The notes below the pieces were generated by a model, which was not told the DNA's origin, made no database searches, and saw only the letters and a list, made by a program, of their open reading frames with translations. From an uncultured candidate division Zixibacteria bacterium (GTDB taxonomy: Bacteria; Zixibacteria; MSB-5A5; UBA10806), in contig CAWFQL010000012.1 of NCBI GenBank assembly GCA_963817915.1, positions 384,001 to 448,000 of the forward strand: 64,000 nt of DNA. The letters run 5' to 3'. Shown here piece by piece: positions 27,379 through 37,725 of this stretch. Each line of letters starts with the position of its first letter. Position 1 is the stretch's first letter. Made by a program: the position numbers and the translations under genes.

Positions 27379-30342
27379 ATGATTTTTGGAAAGATAATGA
27401 GAACGACTGTTGGACTTGCAATTTCGATATTAATATTTGCACCTATTATACAGGCCAAGAAAGCTCCCGATCCGGAAAGCGTTGTCAATAAGCCATTTGT
27501 GCGGCCATCGGCGGGCGCCCCCCGGGCCATGACGGATCAATACGACAATAATGGCTTCGCCAGTCGTCTTTATTTCCCGAACTTTCAATCATCCTTCAAA
27601 AGCACTGACCAGATTGTCAACGAATATCTGGCACAAAACCAATCCCTTTTGGGAATCAAGAGTGACGGGACTGATCTGAGCCTTTTTTCAATCAGACACT
27701 CTATCGCAGGTTACCATTATAGGTACCAGCAAGTTGTAGATGGCGTGCCGGTTTTTGGCCGCTGGCTGGTTGTCAATATCAGATTTGACAATGTGATATC
27801 GTCTGTGATTTCGGATTATGTACATAATATCAATATTACTACCATACCTACCTTGACCTCTAAAAATGCAGAGGAATTGGCTATTAACGAAATCGATGTA
27901 AAATCATTCAGCGGTGAGGTCACATCTGAACTTGTAATTTATGCTAATGATACGGAACCTGTTCTATGCTGGAAAGTCCTTATTCCCGCTGAAAAGCCAA
28001 GAGGGGACTGGCAGGTTTTCGTCGATGCCAACAATGGCCGCATTGTTGATAAAGACAATACGATGGTTTTTGTCGATGGCACCGGGTACATGTTTAATCC
28101 TAATCCGGTTGTATCCGAACAGAACATGAATTTAGCCGACTCATCCAATAGAAATTATCCGGCGCTTACCAACGCTCGTCGGGTTGGGTCATTGCGAGAA
28201 TTAAATGCTCCTCAGGGAGGATATTACTTTCTCTCCGGACCATTTGCCAATACAGGACCGACATCAAATAGAGCCCATCTTGCCAACCCAGATTCATTTT
28301 TCTATAATCGCAATGTAAATCAATTTGAAGAAGTGACAGCGTATTTTCATATAGATTCCTGTGCCAGGTATTATCAAGCATTAGGATTTACGGACATCAT
28401 GCAATATTCAATCAATCTTAATGTTGGTGGTACCACAGATGATAATTCCTGGTTCCAGCCCTCTTCGCACACAATTACATATGGCACTGGCGGCGTAGAT
28501 GACGCCGAAGATGGCGACGTAATTGTTCATGAGTATGGCCACGCTACCCAATACAATCAGGTTCCGGGATGGGGGCAACTTGAAGAAGGCGGCGCCATGG
28601 GTGAGGGATTCGGCGATTATCTGACTGTAGGTTTCTTTCATTCGGTTTCAGGCGGATGGCATGAAGCTCAGGTATTCGATTGGGATGGCAATCCTCGCGA
28701 TAATTTTTGGCCGGGAAGAAGAGTCGATGGAAATAAGCATTACCCACAAGATATGGATGGAGAAGTTCACGACGACGGCGAAATATGGAGCAGATGCCTT
28801 TGGGATATGCAGAATTACCTTGGCAATGACCTAACTGTCCGGCTCGTGCTCGAAAGCCATTTTAATTTAACACCTAGAGCTCGCTTCATCGATGGAGCTA
28901 ACGCGATAGTTCAGGCCGATATGGATCTCTATAATGGAGTGCACCTAATGTCTATCGGGCGGGCCTTCTTTGATAGAGGCATTTTTACCGAGTTGCCTTT
29001 TCATCTGAGTATTTCGCATACGCCATTAACTGATACCGAGGATTCAACAGGTACATTTGACTTATTTGCCATTTTAGATCATACATTCCCGATTGATTCG
29101 GTACTGCTTTATTATCGATTTGATACGACATCCGAATGGAGCACCGGCATCTTAGGGCCATTAGCTCCGCCTCCGCCCAATAGATATGCGGCCAGCATCC
29201 CTGGGCCTTCACATCAATCAATGGTATATTATTATCTAAGAGCGGTTGATAGCCTTGGAATTACCGCGACTTTACCGGAGCGGGCGCCTGCAAGTACATT
29301 TTCATTCTATGTAGGAATAGATACAGTTCTACCGACAATTACTCATCAGCGGTTAGCGGATATACCATCAATCATGTGGCCGCCCCAAATTCTGGCAAGA
29401 GTCACGGATAATATTGTCGTAGAATCAGTAACAGTTGAATTCATGGTCAATAATGGCCCTATCAATATTGCGCCGTTGACCAGAAGCGACACTTCCGATT
29501 TAATCTGGAGCGGAATATTTACGGGTTCTGTCCAGCCTGATGATAGCATAAGCTACAGAATAAAAGCCATGGATCAATCATCCCGTAGAAATCTGAATTA
29601 TAATCCAATCGTAGGATATAATTCATTTAAAATTCTTAATATGCAACAGGTTACTTACATGCGGGACGGTTTCGCTATTCCGGATTATGGCGCTTCCGTA
29701 TTCGATACTTTGAACGTGCCTGACCATTTCAGCATATTTGACGTTGATGTTTTTGTGGACATCGACCATCCGCGAATCGGTGATTTAATTGTTTGGATTC
29801 GCGATCCGTTGGGCCGTTTGGTGATTTTGCATAATAGAACCGGGGGGGATGGCGATAGCATTGTCGGATGGTACGGGGATGACTTGCAACCTGATGGTAC
29901 CGGGAATCTCGATGTATTCAGAGGAGATTCGTCGCAAGGGAACTGGGTATTTTATGTATCCGACCGGGTCGCAGGCGGAGAAACAGGAGTTCTGAATAGC
30001 TGGGGATTGCGAATTGTCGGTACAGGACAGCGTGTAGGAATTAACGAGGATCGCAAAATTCTGCCTGAAGCGTTTACGCTGAACCAGAATTACCCCAATC
30101 CATTTAATCCTTCGACCAATATTTCATTCAATCTTCCACAGAGCGGCGATGTCAAACTCGAGATTTTCGATCTTCTGGGCAGACGGGTTTCTACATTGAT
30201 AGACAATAATTTGATTGCCGGTCCTCACATCTTGACTTGGGACGGCAGAAACGGCGCAACTCAGGCGTCATCAGGTATTTACTTTGCACGATTGACCGCA
30301 GGCAATCGAACAGCGGTTATTCGAATGTCGCTCATAAAATAA
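27379..30342 (+). CDS. Secreted M36/M4-like metallopeptidase with FTP/PepSY propeptide, P-domain and C-terminal T9SS/FlgD-like domain
   Basis: VIVHEYGH, GAMGEGFGDY, EVHDDGEIWS; P-domain IDHPRIGDL...GNWVFYVSD...GVLNSWGL; CTD NYPNPFNP. Confidence 0.85.
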   Translation: MIFGKIMRTTVGLAISILIFAPIIQAKKAPDPESVVNKPFVRPSAGAPRAMTDQYDNNGFASRLYFPNFQSSFKSTDQIVNEYLAQNQSLLGIKSDGTDLSLFSIRHSIAGYHYRYQQVVDGVPVFGRWLVVNIRFDNVISSVISDYVHNINITTIPTLTSKNAEELAINEIDVKSFSGEVTSELVIYANDTEPVLCWKVLIPAEKPRGDWQVFVDANNGRIVDKDNTMVFVDGTGYMFNPNPVVSEQNMNLADSSNRNYPALTNARRVGSLRELNAPQGGYYFLSGPFANTGPTSNRAHLANPDSFFYNRNVNQFEEVTAYFHIDSCARYYQALGFTDIMQYSINLNVGGTTDDNSWFQPSSHTITYGTGGVDDAEDGDVIVHEYGHATQYNQVPGWGQLEEGGAMGEGFGDYLTVGFFHSVSGGWHEAQVFDWDGNPRDNFWPGRRVDGNKHYPQDMDGEVHDDGEIWSRCLWDMQNYLGNDLTVRLVLESHFNLTPRARFIDGANAIVQADMDLYNGVHLMSIGRAFFDRGIFTELPFHLSISHTPLTDTEDSTGTFDLFAILDHTFPIDSVLLYYRFDTTSEWSTGILGPLAPPPPNRYAASIPGPSHQSMVYYYLRAVDSLGITATLPERAPASTFSFYVGIDTVLPTITHQRLADIPSIMWPPQILARVTDNIVVESVTVEFMVNNGPINIAPLTRSDTSDLIWSGIFTGSVQPDDSISYRIKAMDQSSRRNLNYNPIVGYNSFKILNMQQVTYMRDGFAIPDYGASVFDTLNVPDHFSIFDVDVFVDIDHPRIGDLIVWIRDPLGRLVILHNRTGGDGDSIVGWYGDDLQPDGTGNLDVFRGDSSQGNWVFYVSDRVAGGETGVLNSWGLRIVGTGQRVGINEDRKILPEAFTLNQNYPNPFNPSTNISFNLPQSGDVKLEIFDLLGRRVSTLIDNNLIAGPHILTWDGRNGATQASSGIYFARLTAGNRTAVIRMSLIK

Positions 30343-30367
30343 GACATTTTCAAAAAGACTATATATT

Positions 30368-30394
30368 CGGGGCCGAATTGGCCCCGTTTTTTTT
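30368..30394 (+). terminator. Rho-independent terminator
   Basis: cggggcc-gaatt-ggccccg followed by T8. Confidence 0.85.
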
Positions 30395-30454
30395 AGGCTC
30401 ACTTCGCTAAGTCAAATTACCGTAGTCGGCATTCAAATAATATCATATTCCAAC

Positions 30455-30483
30455 TTGACACCCGATACGGCAAATTATATTAT
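30455..30483 (+). promoter_or_regulatory. Sigma70 promoter of the PTS IIA-ehr operon
   Basis: TTGACA-N17-TATTAT. Confidence 0.7.
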
Positions 30484-30526
30484 CTTGTCCTAAAATGAGA
30501 TACCGTGGGAATAACGAGATAAGTCT

Positions 30527-31207
30527 ATGACATTGAATGTTCGCGATGCAGCCGTTTTGCTGGGTGTCTCCGAAAAGACTGTTTACCGTTGGATCTCCCA
30601 GCAAAAATTACCCGCATCCCGTCTTGGCGACCAATATCGTCTAAATCGCGCCGAATTACTCGAATGGGCAACCGCCAATCAGGTCAAAATCTCTCCAAAG
30701 ATATTTGACAAAGATGGAACAGAAGGTTCGATAAGCCTTGAAAGTGGTCTGCGTTCAGGAGGCGTATTTTATCGAGTAGGTGGCACCGATAAGGAATCAG
30801 TTATTAAAGAAGTGGTTCAAATTATGCCGCTTCCGGATGAGGTCGATCGTCAATATCTATTGGACGTACTATTGGCGCGTGAATCGATGGGCTCAACCGG
30901 CATTGGCGAAGGTATCGCGATCCCGCACGTTCGCAACCCAATCGTAATGCATATTCCGCGGCCTATGGTCTCGCTCTGCTTTCTTGAAAACGCTATCGAT
31001 TTCGATGCCATAGATCGAAAACCCGTGCATACTCTATTCACTATTGTCAGCCCTACCATCCGAGCGCATCTGAATCTACTCTCTGGCCTCGCTTACGCTC
31101 TGCGCGACCCGGAATTCGCGGCGATAATCGGCAAACAGGGGCTAAGAGAGGATGTCTTCGCCGCCGCAAAACGAATTGATTCATTAATCGGCCCTCGAAA
31201 TGTATAA
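30527..31207 (+). CDS. Excisionase-type HTH fused to PTS EIIA (Ntr/fructose type)
   Basis: LNVRDAAVLLGVSEKTVYRW HTH; RESMGSTGIGEGIAIPH phospho-His motif. Confidence 0.88.
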   Translation: MTLNVRDAAVLLGVSEKTVYRWISQQKLPASRLGDQYRLNRAELLEWATANQVKISPKIFDKDGTEGSISLESGLRSGGVFYRVGGTDKESVIKEVVQIMPLPDEVDRQYLLDVLLARESMGSTGIGEGIAIPHVRNPIVMHIPRPMVSLCFLENAIDFDAIDRKPVHTLFTIVSPTIRAHLNLLSGLAYALRDPEFAAIIGKQGLREDVFAAAKRIDSLIGPRNV

Positions 31208-31224
31208 TAGATAAAGCTTTCTTT

Positions 31225-33183
31225 ATGTACTTATTTATTGCATCGTTAATCGTATTTCTAATTGGCGCCCTTCTATCATTAATTATTTCCTCCAAATGGT
31301 CTCGAATTGCCGGACCAATAGCGTCAGTAATTGGATCGGCGCTTGCGGCAATTGCCAGCGTAACAGTTCTGGTAAGCGGCCAAAATTTGGATCTGCTGCT
31401 GTCGTGGCAGTTTCCGCTTGGCTCATTTCATATAGGTTTCGATCCGTTGACAGCGATATTCATGCTGCCGGTTTCTATTATCAGCGCTCTCGCGGCCATC
31501 TTTGGCCAGAAGTATCTTCAAAGCGAAAATAATAACGCTCGGGCAGCCCATTCCTGGTGCCTTTACAATATTTTCATCGCTTCCATGCTCTTGGTGCTGG
31601 TGGCGAGAAATGGTTTTCTATTTTTGCTGGCCTGGGAAATGATGTCTATGGCTTCATTTTTCCTCGTGCTCTATGATCATGAAAAGCCGGAAGTCGGACG
31701 GGCGGGATGGATATATTTCATAGCCGCGCATATCGGGGTGGCATTTCTCTTAGTAATGTTTTTGCTGATGGATCCATCGGGAACGATGGAGTTCAGCTTG
31801 TTCAGCATCAATAGTCAATTCGCCAATACGATTTTTATACTCGGTCTAATTGGTTTTGGCTCAAAAGCGGGGATTATTCCTCTGCATGTCTGGCTTCCTG
31901 AGGCACATCCTGCTGCACCCTCGCATGTCTCCGCGGTCATGAGCGGCGTGATGATCAAATTGGGGATTTACGGCATACTACGAATGCTTCTTATTCTTGG
32001 AAATCCCAGTGCCAGCGTGGGGCTGGTCGCTGGTCATTATCGGCGCTGTCTCGGGAATTCTCGGAGTGCTTTACGCTATTGCTCAGCATGATTTGAAAAG
32101 ACTGCTGGCATATCATAGTGTCGAAAATATCGGAATAATATTCCTCGGTATTGGTATCGGAATTCTGGGTATTTGCTGGGGCAACAGTCTCATGGCGATT
32201 TTGGGACTTTGCGGTGGATTACTTGCATGTGATTAACCATGCCATATTTAAGAGCCTTCTTTTTATGGGGGCAGGGGCGATCAAGCATGCCGCGGGGACA
32301 TTGGAAATCGATAAATTAGGCGGACTGCTAAAAAAAATGCCCTTGACCGGATTAACATTTCTAACCGGCTCAATCGCAATTTCAGGACTACCACCTTTAA
32401 ATGGTTTCGTAAGCGAATTCTTTATTTATTTCGCGTCACTTTCCAGTGTTTCGAGTACTCAACGACCATGGGCGGGTGTCCTTGTAATCTCGAGTTTGGC
32501 GATTATCGGAGCTTTGGCGGCCGCCTGTTTCAGCAAAGCGTTTGGAGTAATATTCCTCGGCGAATCCGAAGTAATATCTTTGCCAATGCTCATGAAGTTC
32601 ATTCTGCCATGCTGACTCCAATGATTATATTGGCGGGACTTTGCGTTTTTATGGGGTTGAGCGGATTCTGGCTTCTAAAGCTCGTATTGCCGGCCGCGCA
32701 TCAATTTTTGCCTAATTCAAATGGCAGTTATTTCGCTTGATTCGCCGCGTATGGCTCTCAAATGGATTACATTGATAGGAATAGCGCTGATCATATTGCT
32801 TTTTGCGATTGCGATTTTTAGAAAAATACTAATCAATGGACGTTCGGTACGGCAGGATGTGACCTGGGGATGCGGCTATACGGCGCCGTCTCCGAAAATG
32901 CAATATACGGCATCATCGTTTGCCCAGCCGATCGTAAATATGTTTCGGGCAATATTGAGGCCGTCATCTTCTCTAAATTTATCATCGGAGTATTTTCCTT
33001 CAGAGCGCAGCCCTGCATTCCCATACTGACGATTTTTTCCTGAAGCGAATCTTTAGCCCGATATTCAAAGCCATGATATGGTTTGCGGGCGGTTTCAGAC
33101 GAATACAAATGGGTCAGACACATCTATATATTCTATATATCGCTGTCACCATTCTAATTCTGCTAATCTGGAGACTTGGATAG
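31225..33183 (+). CDS. hyfB: HyfB/EhrA-like proton-translocating antiporter subunit, interrupted by five frameshifts (assembly error or pseudogene)
   Basis: FLLAWEMMS, PLHVWLPEAHPAAPSHVSA, DLKRLLAYHSVENIG, NHAIFKSLLF, GLPPLNGFVSE, TWGCGY...MQYTASSF, IQMGQTHLYILYI spread over six segments; shifts near 32005, 32220, 32563, 32730 and 33005. Confidence 0.8.
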
Positions 33184-33186
33184 CCG

Positions 33187-34107
33187 ATGAAATCACTCTG
33201 GTCATTATCTCACATAATTACGGCTATTCTCCTTAGTCCACTTCTTCTCAGTGTAATCAATAGAACCAAGGCCTTTTTCGGAGGGCGGCATGGTCAGCGG
33301 CTTTTGCAGCCATATTTCGATATATTCAAACTTCTCCGCAAAGGAGCTGTTTATAGCGGGACCACAACTTGGATTTTTAAGGCGGGCCCCATGGTCAGCC
33401 TGGCTTCGATAATATTGGCTCTTACATTAACGCCTCTCGGAACCATTCGCGCTCTGATTGTTTTCCCCGGTGATATTATCGCGTTGGTTTATCTTTTTGG
33501 ATTGGCGAGGTTTTTCGTAGTAGCCGCCGCCCTTGATACAGGATCTTCATTCGAAGGCATGGGCGCGAGCAGAGAAGTGCAATTTTCTGTTCTGGCGGAG
33601 TTGGCGTTGATGCTTGGAATAATCGCGCTGGCGATTTTTGGAAAAAGCTTCTCTCTCACCTCGCTATATAGCCAGATTGGAGTAAAAGAATTGCCGTACA
33701 TGATTACCATGGCGCATATGCTTGTCGCCGCGGCCCTTTTGATAGTTTTGCTTTCTGAGAATGCCCGAATACCATTTGATGATCCCAATACGCATCTGGA
33801 GCTGACTATGATTCACGAAGTCATGGTCCTGGATCACGGTGGAGTCGATTTGGGATTTATACAAATCGGCTCGGCCCTGAAGCTTTGGATATTCGGAGCG
33901 CTTTTTATCGGCGCTGTCCTGCCGATAAATACTGGTCATGCCGGAATTAATCTGATAATTGGCGTCGTGGCCATTTTCACATTAATGGTTATCGTTGGAA
34001 TAATAGAATCAGTCATGGCACGATTGCGTTTACTTCGAGTGCCGCAGCTTTTGGTAACGGCATGTATTTTTTCATTATTGGCCCTGATAGCGGCGGTGAG
34101 GCAATAA
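33187..34107 (+). CDS. hyfC: HyfC/NuoH-like membrane subunit
   Basis: QPYFDIFKLLRK, LDTGSSFEGMGASRE, ENARIPFDDPNTHLELTMIHE. Confidence 0.9.
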   Translation: MKSLWSLSHIITAILLSPLLLSVINRTKAFFGGRHGQRLLQPYFDIFKLLRKGAVYSGTTTWIFKAGPMVSLASIILALTLTPLGTIRALIVFPGDIIALVYLFGLARFFVVAAALDTGSSFEGMGASREVQFSVLAELALMLGIIALAIFGKSFSLTSLYSQIGVKELPYMITMAHMLVAAALLIVLLSENARIPFDDPNTHLELTMIHEVMVLDHGGVDLGFIQIGSALKLWIFGALFIGAVLPINTGHAGINLIIGVVAIFTLMVIVGIIESVMARLRLLRVPQLLVTACIFSLLALIAAVRQ

Positions 34108-34752
34108 ATGGAATCACTAATTGGGGTTTTGACCGTCCTTTTGATCCTGCTTAATTTTCGGCTTTTGGGAACGAGTCGTTTGGGGGCAGGAATACAGACA
34201 GTCGCGATTCAGGCGATTGTATTGGGCATATTACCTGTATTGACAAATCCGTTGCCTTCGATACAATTTGGAATCGTGCTTTCAGCGGCGACAATACTGA
34301 AAGCCGGAGTAATGCCATCGCTCATTCGGCAGGCGGCTCGCGAGGCAGGTGTCCAACGGGAGATTGAGCCTATCGCTGGTTTTACAACATCGCTCTTGAT
34401 AGGCATCGGCCTTTTCGCCGTATGTATAGGCATATCTTATCGCCTTCATTTGCCGGCCCAGATGAAATCGGGACTGCTGGTTGCAGTTGCCTTGTTTACG
34501 GTTTTTTGCGGCTTCTTCCTGATTATCTTCAGGCGAAAAGCGGTTACTCAAGTACTTGGTTATCTAGTTATGGAAAATGGAATTTATCTTTTCGGAATGG
34601 CATTTGCAGTGCATGAAGTTTTCCTCGTTGAAATTGGCATTTTATTGGATGTCTTCGCGGCAGTATTCGTGATGGGGATTGCGATTTATCATATCAGCCG
34701 CGAATTCGATCATATCGATTCCGATAAAATGTCCTCATTGGAGGAACGATAA
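34108..34752 (+). CDS. hyfE: HyfE-like membrane subunit
   Basis: RRKAVTQVLGYLVMENGI, VEIGILLDV; position in the operon. Confidence 0.88.
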   Translation: MESLIGVLTVLLILLNFRLLGTSRLGAGIQTVAIQAIVLGILPVLTNPLPSIQFGIVLSAATILKAGVMPSLIRQAAREAGVQREIEPIAGFTTSLLIGIGLFAVCIGISYRLHLPAQMKSGLLVAVALFTVFCGFFLIIFRRKAVTQVLGYLVMENGIYLFGMAFAVHEVFLVEIGILLDVFAAVFVMGIAIYHISREFDHIDSDKMSSLEER

Positions 34753-34753
34753 A

Positions 34754-36223
34754 GTGATCTGGGCGCTAATTTTCCTGCCTGTCGTCTCGGGCGGCCTGGC
34801 ATTTTTGATTAAAAACGATAGCCTTCGTCGAAGCTTGCTTTTGGCAGCTTCATTCATACATCTTGCCCTTATTGGAATTGTATTTTTAAGATTCGACGGC
34901 TTATCGCAGGAAAGCTGGCTGGGTATAGACGCGTTATCGCTCCTATTTCTGGGAATTACAGATATTTTATTTTTGGCGGCATCCATTTATGCTGTTGGAT
35001 ACCTGAGGCATAAATCCGAGAGCTCCGATCCCAAATCAATTTCACGCGTAGATTCCGGCCTCAGCGCGGAGACAGTTCTAACTGGATGCATGCTTTTATT
35101 TCTCGGTTCGATGACCCTCGTAATGGTAAGCCGCCACCTTGGCTTGCTCTGGGTTGGTATCGAGGCTACGACCTTAAGCAGCGCGCCATTGATATATTTT
35201 AACCGAAATCAGGGAAGCCTCGAGGCGACCTGGAGATACCTGCTGATCTGTTCGGTCGGTATCGCCCTGGCGCTATTGGGGAATTTCTTCCTGGCTGTCG
35301 CCACTTCAGTCGCGGCCAATGAACAGATGCGTCTGTCATTGGATCAATTAACCCGGCATGCTCGATACCTGGACCCGACCTGGCTTAAAGCGGGATTTTT
35401 ACTATTGCTTGTTGGCTACGGCACTAAAATGGGGTTGGTGCCGATGCATACCTGGCTCCCGGACGCCCATAGCGAAGCACCCGCGATGGTCTCGGCGTTA
35501 TTATCGGGGGCATTGCTTAACTGCGCCTTTGTCGGAATTCTTCGAGTTCTGACAATACTGACAGCTGCCGGTCTTGGCGATTTCGGAAGGCAGCAAATGC
35601 TTTTGTTTGGAATGATATCTATGGCAGTCGCGGCCTTATTTCTAATCCTGCAAACCGATTTCAAACGGATGCTTGCCTATTCGAGCATTGAGCATATGGG
35701 CGTGCTGGCGCTGGGAATCGGCCTCGGAAGCGCTGCAGGTTTCGGGGCGCTATTTCACGCGCTTAATCACTCATTGGCAAAGGCGGCCTTATTCTTGATT
35801 GCGGGAAATATTCTGATTATCTATAAAACTAAAAAAAGCGAAAATATCGTTGGCATATCGGCGAGCCACCCCTTAACAGCGGTATTATGGGCGGGAGGGA
35901 CTCTCGCGATTTTGGGATCGCCGCCATTCGGACTTTTCAGCAGTGAGCTAATGATTCTCAAAGGCATAATTTCAAATAGTCAATGGTGGATAGCCGCCGG
36001 ATATCTCATATCGTTGGCCGTCGCTCTTTCTGCGATTTCATACAAAGTTTTCAGAATGATTTTCGGAGCGCCGACCGAGCCGTCATTAAAGAAGTTCGAT
36101 AAGCCGTGGATGATTATCGCGCCATCGATATTGATATTGTGCGTGCTTATTATAGGAATTTATTTGCCGCAACCATTGGCAGATTTACTTACATCGGCGA
36201 GCGCGGCAATAGTGGGTAAATAA
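34754..36223 (+). CDS. hyfF: HyfF-like proton-translocating membrane subunit
   Basis: WVGIEATTL, SLEATWRYLLICSVG, GYGTKMGLVPMHTWLPDAHSEAP, DFKRMLAYSSIEHMG; GTG start. Confidence 0.9.
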   Translation: MIWALIFLPVVSGGLAFLIKNDSLRRSLLLAASFIHLALIGIVFLRFDGLSQESWLGIDALSLLFLGITDILFLAASIYAVGYLRHKSESSDPKSISRVDSGLSAETVLTGCMLLFLGSMTLVMVSRHLGLLWVGIEATTLSSAPLIYFNRNQGSLEATWRYLLICSVGIALALLGNFFLAVATSVAANEQMRLSLDQLTRHARYLDPTWLKAGFLLLLVGYGTKMGLVPMHTWLPDAHSEAPAMVSALLSGALLNCAFVGILRVLTILTAAGLGDFGRQQMLLFGMISMAVAALFLILQTDFKRMLAYSSIEHMGVLALGIGLGSAAGFGALFHALNHSLAKAALFLIAGNILIIYKTKKSENIVGISASHPLTAVLWAGGTLAILGSPPFGLFSSELMILKGIISNSQWWIAAGYLISLAVALSAISYKVFRMIFGAPTEPSLKKFDKPWMIIAPSILILCVLIIGIYLPQPLADLLTSASAAIVGK

Positions 36224-37713
36224 TGAATATCAAAGCATTAGAAATACATAATGGCAGCGCTATTTCTTTGAATGATTGTCCGCTTGTTTCAATCGAGGAT
36301 TTTAGAGAAGCAATTATTTCCGATATTGAAAATGACTGCCATATCTCGGCGCTATTTTGTTCGCCGATCGAAAATGATTTTAGATTATATGCGATCATAA
36401 ATAATCCGCCGCAGGGGATTCTGAAAGTTATTTCCTGCAATGTTGGAAAAGAATATCCTTCGATTACTCTCGAATGCCCTCAGGCGCATCTTTTTGAACG
36501 AGAAATATTTGAAAGTTGGGGCATCAATCCCATCGGCCATCCCTGGCTGAAAAAAGTGCGCTTTCCTTCATCAAATGATTCAAAGAAATCATCAGGCATT
36601 GGCAAGGTGGATTATTTTTCAATCAAAGGTTCCGATGTTCACGAGGTCGCGGTCGGGCCGGTTCATGCCGGAGTAATCGAACCGGGACATTTCCGTTTCC
36701 AATGCCACGGCGAGACAGTCTATCATCTGGAAATATCGTTAGGCTATCAGCATCGGGGAATCGAGCAGGCGTTGGTTGGAGGTCCCAATCAACGAACCTT
36801 GCATTACATGGAAACTCTCGCCGGAGATACGACAATCGGCCACGCTACCGCTTATAGCCAGATAATGGAATCGCTAAGTCGTATCAATGTCCCGCCATCG
36901 GCTCTGAGTATTCGAGGAATCGCTGAGGAATTAGAGCGGTTGGCCAATCATGCGGGAGATCTCGGCGCGATTGCCGGGGATATCGGCTTTTTACCGACTC
37001 AAAATTACTGTGGTCGGATTAGAGGCGATATTCTGAATATCACTGCCATGCTGTGCGGAAGTCGATTCGGCCGAGGGCTCGTAATTCCAGGCGGCGTGAA
37101 TTACAATATCAGCTCAAAAATGGCGGATCAAATATTGGCAAAGATCGAGACAATCTATTATGATCTCGAAAATGCAATTACTTTGCTTTTTGAGACACCG
37201 TCGGTATTGGCACGGTTGGAGGCTGTAGGAGTACTATCGAATACGGCGGCGAAAGAAATCGGTATCGTGGGTTTGGCGGCGCGCGCTTCGGGCCTCGAAC
37301 TTGATATCCGCAATCAGTTCCCATACGGAATCTACAGATTTTCCAGTTTGCCGGTATTCACACAAGCCGCCGGTGATTGCCTGGCGCGGGCCTATATTCG
37401 TTGGCTTGAAATAAAGCAATCAATTCTATTTATCCAGCAGCAGGTCAAATCACTCGGTAACGGGAAGAATGCCAATGAGCTCAGAGAAATTCAAACCGGA
37501 ATGCTGGCGGTGTCGTTGGTGGAGGGCTGGCGCGGAGAGATTTGCCATGTAGCTATTACAAATGAAAACGGGAAATTTTCTACATACAAAATAATTGATC
37601 CATCATTTCATAATTGGTTTGGATTGGCGTATGCGATGAGAAACCAGGAGATTTCTGATTTCCCATTGTGCAATAAAAGCTTCAACCTGTCTTACTGCGG
37701 ACACGATTTATAA
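36223..37713 (+). CDS. EhrL/HyfG-like large subunit (NuoC/D-like) lacking NiFe-binding cysteines
   Basis: VGPVHAGVIEPGHFRF, LGYQHRG, ETLAGDTTIGH in place of RxCGxC, C-terminus DFPLCNKSFNLSYCGHDL in place of DPCxxC. Confidence 0.88.
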   Translation: MNIKALEIHNGSAISLNDCPLVSIEDFREAIISDIENDCHISALFCSPIENDFRLYAIINNPPQGILKVISCNVGKEYPSITLECPQAHLFEREIFESWGINPIGHPWLKKVRFPSSNDSKKSSGIGKVDYFSIKGSDVHEVAVGPVHAGVIEPGHFRFQCHGETVYHLEISLGYQHRGIEQALVGGPNQRTLHYMETLAGDTTIGHATAYSQIMESLSRINVPPSALSIRGIAEELERLANHAGDLGAIAGDIGFLPTQNYCGRIRGDILNITAMLCGSRFGRGLVIPGGVNYNISSKMADQILAKIETIYYDLENAITLLFETPSVLARLEAVGVLSNTAAKEIGIVGLAARASGLELDIRNQFPYGIYRFSSLPVFTQAAGDCLARAYIRWLEIKQSILFIQQQVKSLGNGKNANELREIQTGMLAVSLVEGWRGEICHVAITNENGKFSTYKIIDPSFHNWFGLAYAMRNQEISDFPLCNKSFNLSYCGHDL

Positions 37714-37725
37714 AGGGATAATCCA

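Noticed and set aside
30527..30700. Prophage/ICE excisionase
   Set aside because: The HTH is fused to PTS EIIA, and there is no integrase, att site or phage gene in the window.
36223..37713. [NiFe] hydrogenase / formate hydrogenlyase large subunit
   Set aside because: Both Ni-binding CxxC motifs are missing and no hyp, protease or fdh genes are nearby, so it is Ehr-type.
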